NCBI GenBank assembly: GCA_036339735.1
Contig: JAYZAL010000088.1
Span: 64,001-128,000, forward strand
Reading direction: 5' to 3'
Source: Candidatus Poribacteria bacterium
GTDB lineage: Bacteria > Poribacteria > WGA-4E > UBA9662
Length of the DNA: 64,000 nt
Notes under the pieces: model-generated
Database searches by the model: none
Seen by the model: the letters and a program-made list of their open reading frames with translations, nothing else
What the model was told of the DNA's origin: nothing
Shown: in pieces, positions 60,284 through 64,000 of the stretch
How the letters are laid out: the number at the start of each line of letters is the position of its first letter
How positions within the stretch are numbered: the stretch's first letter is position 1
Program-made: the position numbers and the translations under genes

Positions 60284-61126
60284 CTATTCCAATTTAGCCC
60301 AAGGAATCGGATCAGTGTAACCTTCTGATTGATAGGGGTCTTCACCTTTAATTGGAGTTACACCTCGGTAGTTATTTACACCCCATGGTAACATCGTATT
60401 AGAACTACAGTAGTGAATCGTTAGAGCTGGGCGATTTTGTTTACTATAATTTTTTCTAGAATTATGTAACAGGTAACCAGAAAAAAAGAGCACACTGCCT
60501 GCAGTCATCTCAATTGGTATGGCATTACTATCATCAAATCCGCGTGCAATAGGCATACTATCGACATCGGGCAGATTGTGTGCCTCACGCTTGTAAATGA
60601 TCCCGGACTTGTGACTATCCGGAATAATCCACAAACAACCATTGGTAGTGGAAGCATCAGATAAAGCTATCCACACTCCAGTTAACGAACGGTCGCGAGT
60701 AGGAATAGCTGATTCGTCCTGATGCCAAGGACTTCCATTACCACCGGGCTTTTTAGTAACAAACATAGTTTGTACACACTTATAGGCTCCATTCCAAAAA
60801 GGAACATTGGCTCCTACTATCAAGTCCAAAATACGACATAGTTTTGGGTGATCAATATACTGACGTATAATTTGGCTGTAAGCATGGGGTTGACCAATAT
60901 ACATGTAGCGGCCGATTAACCGTTGATCATTAATCGGCCAATCGATTGGCTCAATCGTTGAATTATCATAATGTCCTTGATTAATTTTTGCGAGATCAGT
61001 TCGGATTTCATCTTGACTTGTTTTAGAAATTAATTTATTAACTAAAACAAAACCATTTTTAATGTAATATTCTGTCAACTCTGAACTAACCATGGAAGAC
61101 AGATGAAAGCCTGTTATATCAATCAT
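60284..61126 (-). CDS. Phytanoyl-CoA dioxygenase (PhyH) family
   Basis: KPG...PWHQD, WIALSDA...NGCLWIIPDSH, GSVLFF..LLHNS, R.ALT.HY. Confidence 0.92.
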   Translation of the reverse strand: MIDITGFHLSSMVSSELTEYYIKNGFVLVNKLISKTSQDEIRTDLAKINQGHYDNSTIEPIDWPINDQRLIGRYMYIGQPHAYSQIIRQYIDHPKLCRILDLIVGANVPFWNGAYKCVQTMFVTKKPGGNGSPWHQDESAIPTRDRSLTGVWIALSDASTTNGCLWIIPDSHKSGIIYKREAHNLPDVDSMPIARGFDDSNAIPIEMTAGSVLFFSGYLLHNSRKNYSKQNRPALTIHYCSSNTMLPWGVNNYRGVTPIKGEDPYQSEGYTDPIPWAKLE

Positions 61127-61670
61127 TTAGCATGCGCTCCGCTTTAAAATACATTGAACTGATTTGATGTCTAGTACGAATTCAAATCAGTTGACAACTT
61201 AAAAATTTTAATGATTTGGAAGGATTAATATGTAGTAAGCAAAACTGGTAAACTCGTGCGAGACATTTCTACAAAAGAAGATTGTTTAGAAGCTAATATT
61301 ATTAATGTGTTTTGACACAACTTTTTGCGCAAAATTTAAAGGGGTACTTCAACATGTACTCCGTACTCTATAATCCTAGACCAATCATTGTTTTAGAATA
61401 ACAATTTTGGTAGGCTACCTTCGAAACATAAAAGTCACCCTGACATCAAATATCTCGACAATCAACAATGAAAAATTTCACACGTACTGTATACTCTATT
61501 CTTGGGATGGTCAACTTGTAAGTCCTTCATAAAACCGTTTCCCAGATTTTGAAAAGATATCTTTTCCTTGTAGGCATTATACTTAAAATCTCCTATTTTA
61601 TTTTCCTAATCGGAGTTTAGATTTTTAAATTACTAAGGGTTACTTTTAACGAATTAATCTTAGTGCATAT

Positions 61671-61686
61671 TATATTGCGCAATATA
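61671..61686. promoter_or_regulatory. Perfect 16-bp palindrome TATATTGCGCAATATA, putative operator
   Basis: Ends 20 bp before the sulfatase ATG, just upstream of an AGAGG RBS. Confidence 0.55.
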
Positions 61687-61706
61687 CAAATTATCAGAGG
61701 TGGTAA

Positions 61707-63179
61707 ATGTCTTCCACACAACCAAATATAGTACTTTTTTTCACGGATCAATTACGTGCCGATGCACTTGGATGTTACGGAAACCAAATTTGTATGACAC
61801 CCAATATAGATCGGCTGGCTGGAGATGGTGTCATATTTAATAATGCCTACACAACTAGCCCTGTGTGTTCGGCTTCAAGATCATCTCTCATGACGGGTCT
61901 TTATCCTCATAACCATGGAGTCATGCTCAATACACATATAGCTCCTGCTTGGTCAAGAGGACTAGATAGACAAGTACCTGTTTTCAGCGACATATTAAAA
62001 AATAGTGGATATTTTTTAGATTATGTCGGTAAGTGGCACGTTCATCAGGATATCAGACCAGAAGAATATGGTTTCGACATTTATCAATCCCAATCAGAAA
62101 TACAGTTAAAGAACCAACATATTGGCCGAAAAAGTGGGAAACTGGTCGAAGGATCTGGCAGTTTTATAGAATTCCCATACGGAAGTAAGGTTTGTGTAGC
62201 AGGAACTATGTCAGGCCCAAAAGAAAATTATCCTGCATGGCAAGTGGTTGAAGCAGGTATAGAAATGATTCAGGAAAACGCTAAACGAAAAAAGCCTTTC
62301 TTCACAAGAATTGATATTACCTCCCCCCACTTTGCTAATATTATTCCAGAACCTTATTCATCTATGTACAGACCGGATGAAATTCCACCATGGCCAAATT
62401 TTAATGAAACATTCGTCGGAAAGCCATCTAGTCACCTGAAGAAGCATCAAGATTGGAATTTAGAACAAAAAGGTTGGGAGTGGTGGCAAAATGTAGTGGC
62501 AAAGTACTATGGTGATGTAAGTATCATCGATGATCTAGTAGGTTTGACTTTGGAAGCTATCGAAAATGCCGGTATTTCTGAAAATACTATATTCATCTTT
62601 TCCACGGACCATGGAGATTCGACTGGTAGCCATAGACACTTTGAGAAAGCTGGAACTATGTATGAAGAAATCTTCAAAATTCCCTTAGTGATGAGTTTGC
62701 CGAAAGGGATGGCTAAATCTAAAGAGATAAATCAATACGTTCGCTTAATGGACTTAATGCCTACGTTTGTAGATTGGGCTGATGGCGAAATGCCCGAAAG
62801 TATTGATGGAAAAAGCATTGTCCCCCTACTCCAAAGACAAGACCTCTCACATTGGCCAGATAGCGTTTATGCAGAACATCACGGCGAAGTATGGGGTTAT
62901 GCTTCACAACGTATGGTTAAAACAGATCAATGGAAATATGTAATGAATTCTCATGACTTAGATGAATTATATGATTTGCAAAAAGATCCTTGGGAAATGA
63001 ACAACGTCATAAATGAGGAGAAATTTGGTGAGGTTCTTTTAGAAATGAAAGCTCGGTTACTCGGTTGGAATGATGAAACTGGAGATATATTCAGATGGCC
63101 TTGGGTTCGTTATAATTTTCCTGATCCCGTATTACCTGATAATGTAAATAGAAAGACTTTACCTTTGACATGCAAATAG
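61707..63179 (+). CDS. Formylglycine-dependent (type I) sulfatase
   Basis: PNIVLFFTDQ, CSASRSSLMTG (CxAxR), GKWH, STDHG, ELYDL..DPWE..N. Confidence 0.93.
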   Translation: MSSTQPNIVLFFTDQLRADALGCYGNQICMTPNIDRLAGDGVIFNNAYTTSPVCSASRSSLMTGLYPHNHGVMLNTHIAPAWSRGLDRQVPVFSDILKNSGYFLDYVGKWHVHQDIRPEEYGFDIYQSQSEIQLKNQHIGRKSGKLVEGSGSFIEFPYGSKVCVAGTMSGPKENYPAWQVVEAGIEMIQENAKRKKPFFTRIDITSPHFANIIPEPYSSMYRPDEIPPWPNFNETFVGKPSSHLKKHQDWNLEQKGWEWWQNVVAKYYGDVSIIDDLVGLTLEAIENAGISENTIFIFSTDHGDSTGSHRHFEKAGTMYEEIFKIPLVMSLPKGMAKSKEINQYVRLMDLMPTFVDWADGEMPESIDGKSIVPLLQRQDLSHWPDSVYAEHHGEVWGYASQRMVKTDQWKYVMNSHDLDELYDLQKDPWEMNNVINEEKFGEVLLEMKARLLGWNDETGDIFRWPWVRYNFPDPVLPDNVNRKTLPLTCK

Positions 63180-63635
63180 TATGGAACGTTCAACATCAAG
63201 TAAATTAATTAGTGATTTGATATTAACTGAAATTTTTCACTACTCACTTCAAGCTAACAATAGATCTTTCCTAGTCATTAGGGGCAGGAAACCTCAGAGA
63301 ATATTTTGATCTTGTATACAGGGTGTAATAGGCTCGGTGAAATTTTTGGAAGGATGACTTTTCCAACTTAGTAAATCAAGGTTGAGTAAATTATTATTTA
63401 TTCTGGTATTGATATCAAGTAGCCCATTATTAATCCAAATGATTAGAAAGGAAGGATTCTTCTGATTGCTCAAAAAGACGTAATTGTATTCACCGCTTTG
63501 AAATAATGACCAGCGTCTACGTGTTTGAGGACCAATTTTTTGTTTTTCTTGGAATTATTGAAGGGACTTTCTCTATCGGTTCAATTGTCCACCGGCAAAG
63601 ATGCTAGTATTATTAACTACTTTCCAATCATAAAT

Positions 63636-64000
63636 TTACAATTCGCTCAATTGACCATTAACGACTTGCCTCAATTTCATCAGTGCATTACCTTCTACTT
63701 GAGCTATACGCTGCCGACTCAATCCCAGTTGTTTACCAACTTCAGTTCGTGAACTTTCGGGTTGTCCTGAAAGGCCAAATCGGCGCTGTATAACCTCTGT
63801 TTCTCGATGAGTTAACTTTTGATTCAAAGCTTTGCCCAAGAAGATCTTTACCTGCTCTTCACGTTCGTTTTGAACTGCCTGTTCTTCAGGACCAACCGAG
63901 TTGCAAACGTAGTTTGTAAGTGCTGTTTCAGCTGTATCATTTTTAGAATTATCCAATGAATAAAATAAGCGTGGTACATGAACAAAAATTTGGTCTTTGT
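63636..64000 (-). CDS. Sigma70-family RNA polymerase sigma factor, C-terminal part (5' end outside window)
   Basis: Frame is open to the window edge (KDQIFVHVPRLFYSLD...). Region 4 HTH reads LTHRETEVIQRRFGL...EVGKQLGLSRQRIAQVEGNALMKLR. Confidence 0.85.
   Translation of the reverse strand, partial: KDQIFVHVPRLFYSLDNSKNDTAETALTNYVCNSVGPEEQAVQNEREEQVKIFLGKALNQKLTHRETEVIQRRFGLSGQPESSRTEVGKQLGLSRQRIAQVEGNALMKLRQVVNGQLSEL

Noticed and set aside
2176-63752. The many 60-172 aa ORFs nested in or antisense to long genes (e.g. 17534..18052, 14514..14834, 44885..45202, 52915..53223, 63525..63752)
   Set aside because: They overlap genes with clear family motifs and have no recognisable motifs of their own.
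1-64000. CRISPR arrays, tRNA/rRNA, riboswitches, IS elements
   Set aside because: By eye I saw no spaced repeats, T-loop or cloverleaf signatures, or transposase ORFs. An Infernal/Rfam scan is needed to exclude ncRNAs in the long spacers.

Overview
An AT-rich bacterial chromosomal segment with about 48 protein-coding genes, two of them cut by the window edges. I found no rRNA, tRNA, CRISPR array, transposase or integrase. The gene mix includes three paralogous ~630-aa DUF6785/DUF6784-like membrane proteins, LamG and discoidin-like exported proteins, several Gfo/Idh/MocA, PhyH and PQQ-propeller genes, a BMC vertex gene, a sulfatase and a pectate lyase. This suggests a marine heterotroph, most likely Candidatus Poribacteria (inference, not a database result). 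A ~21 kb minus-strand run (10.3-31.4 kb) carries ychF, a core-only MetE-like protein, an FMN reductase, UbiD, MoaD, a Mo-hydroxylase M-S-L trio, CYTH, DUF815, RimK and a gamma-glutamylation cluster. The 35-63 kb part is patchier, with long intergenic spacers. The most striking unexplained signal is that four exported proteins with three unrelated passenger domains all end in the same motif, V[DN]xxxKL[TA]xxWxx[ILV]K-x(2-3)-stop. This looks like a lineage-specific C-terminal sorting signal. Other leads are an EutN-aldolase-CapA-DUF6785 operon, an AlkB-like gene next to a G1PDH-like gene, a hairpin-forming in-frame insert in rimK, and several operator-like palindromes.
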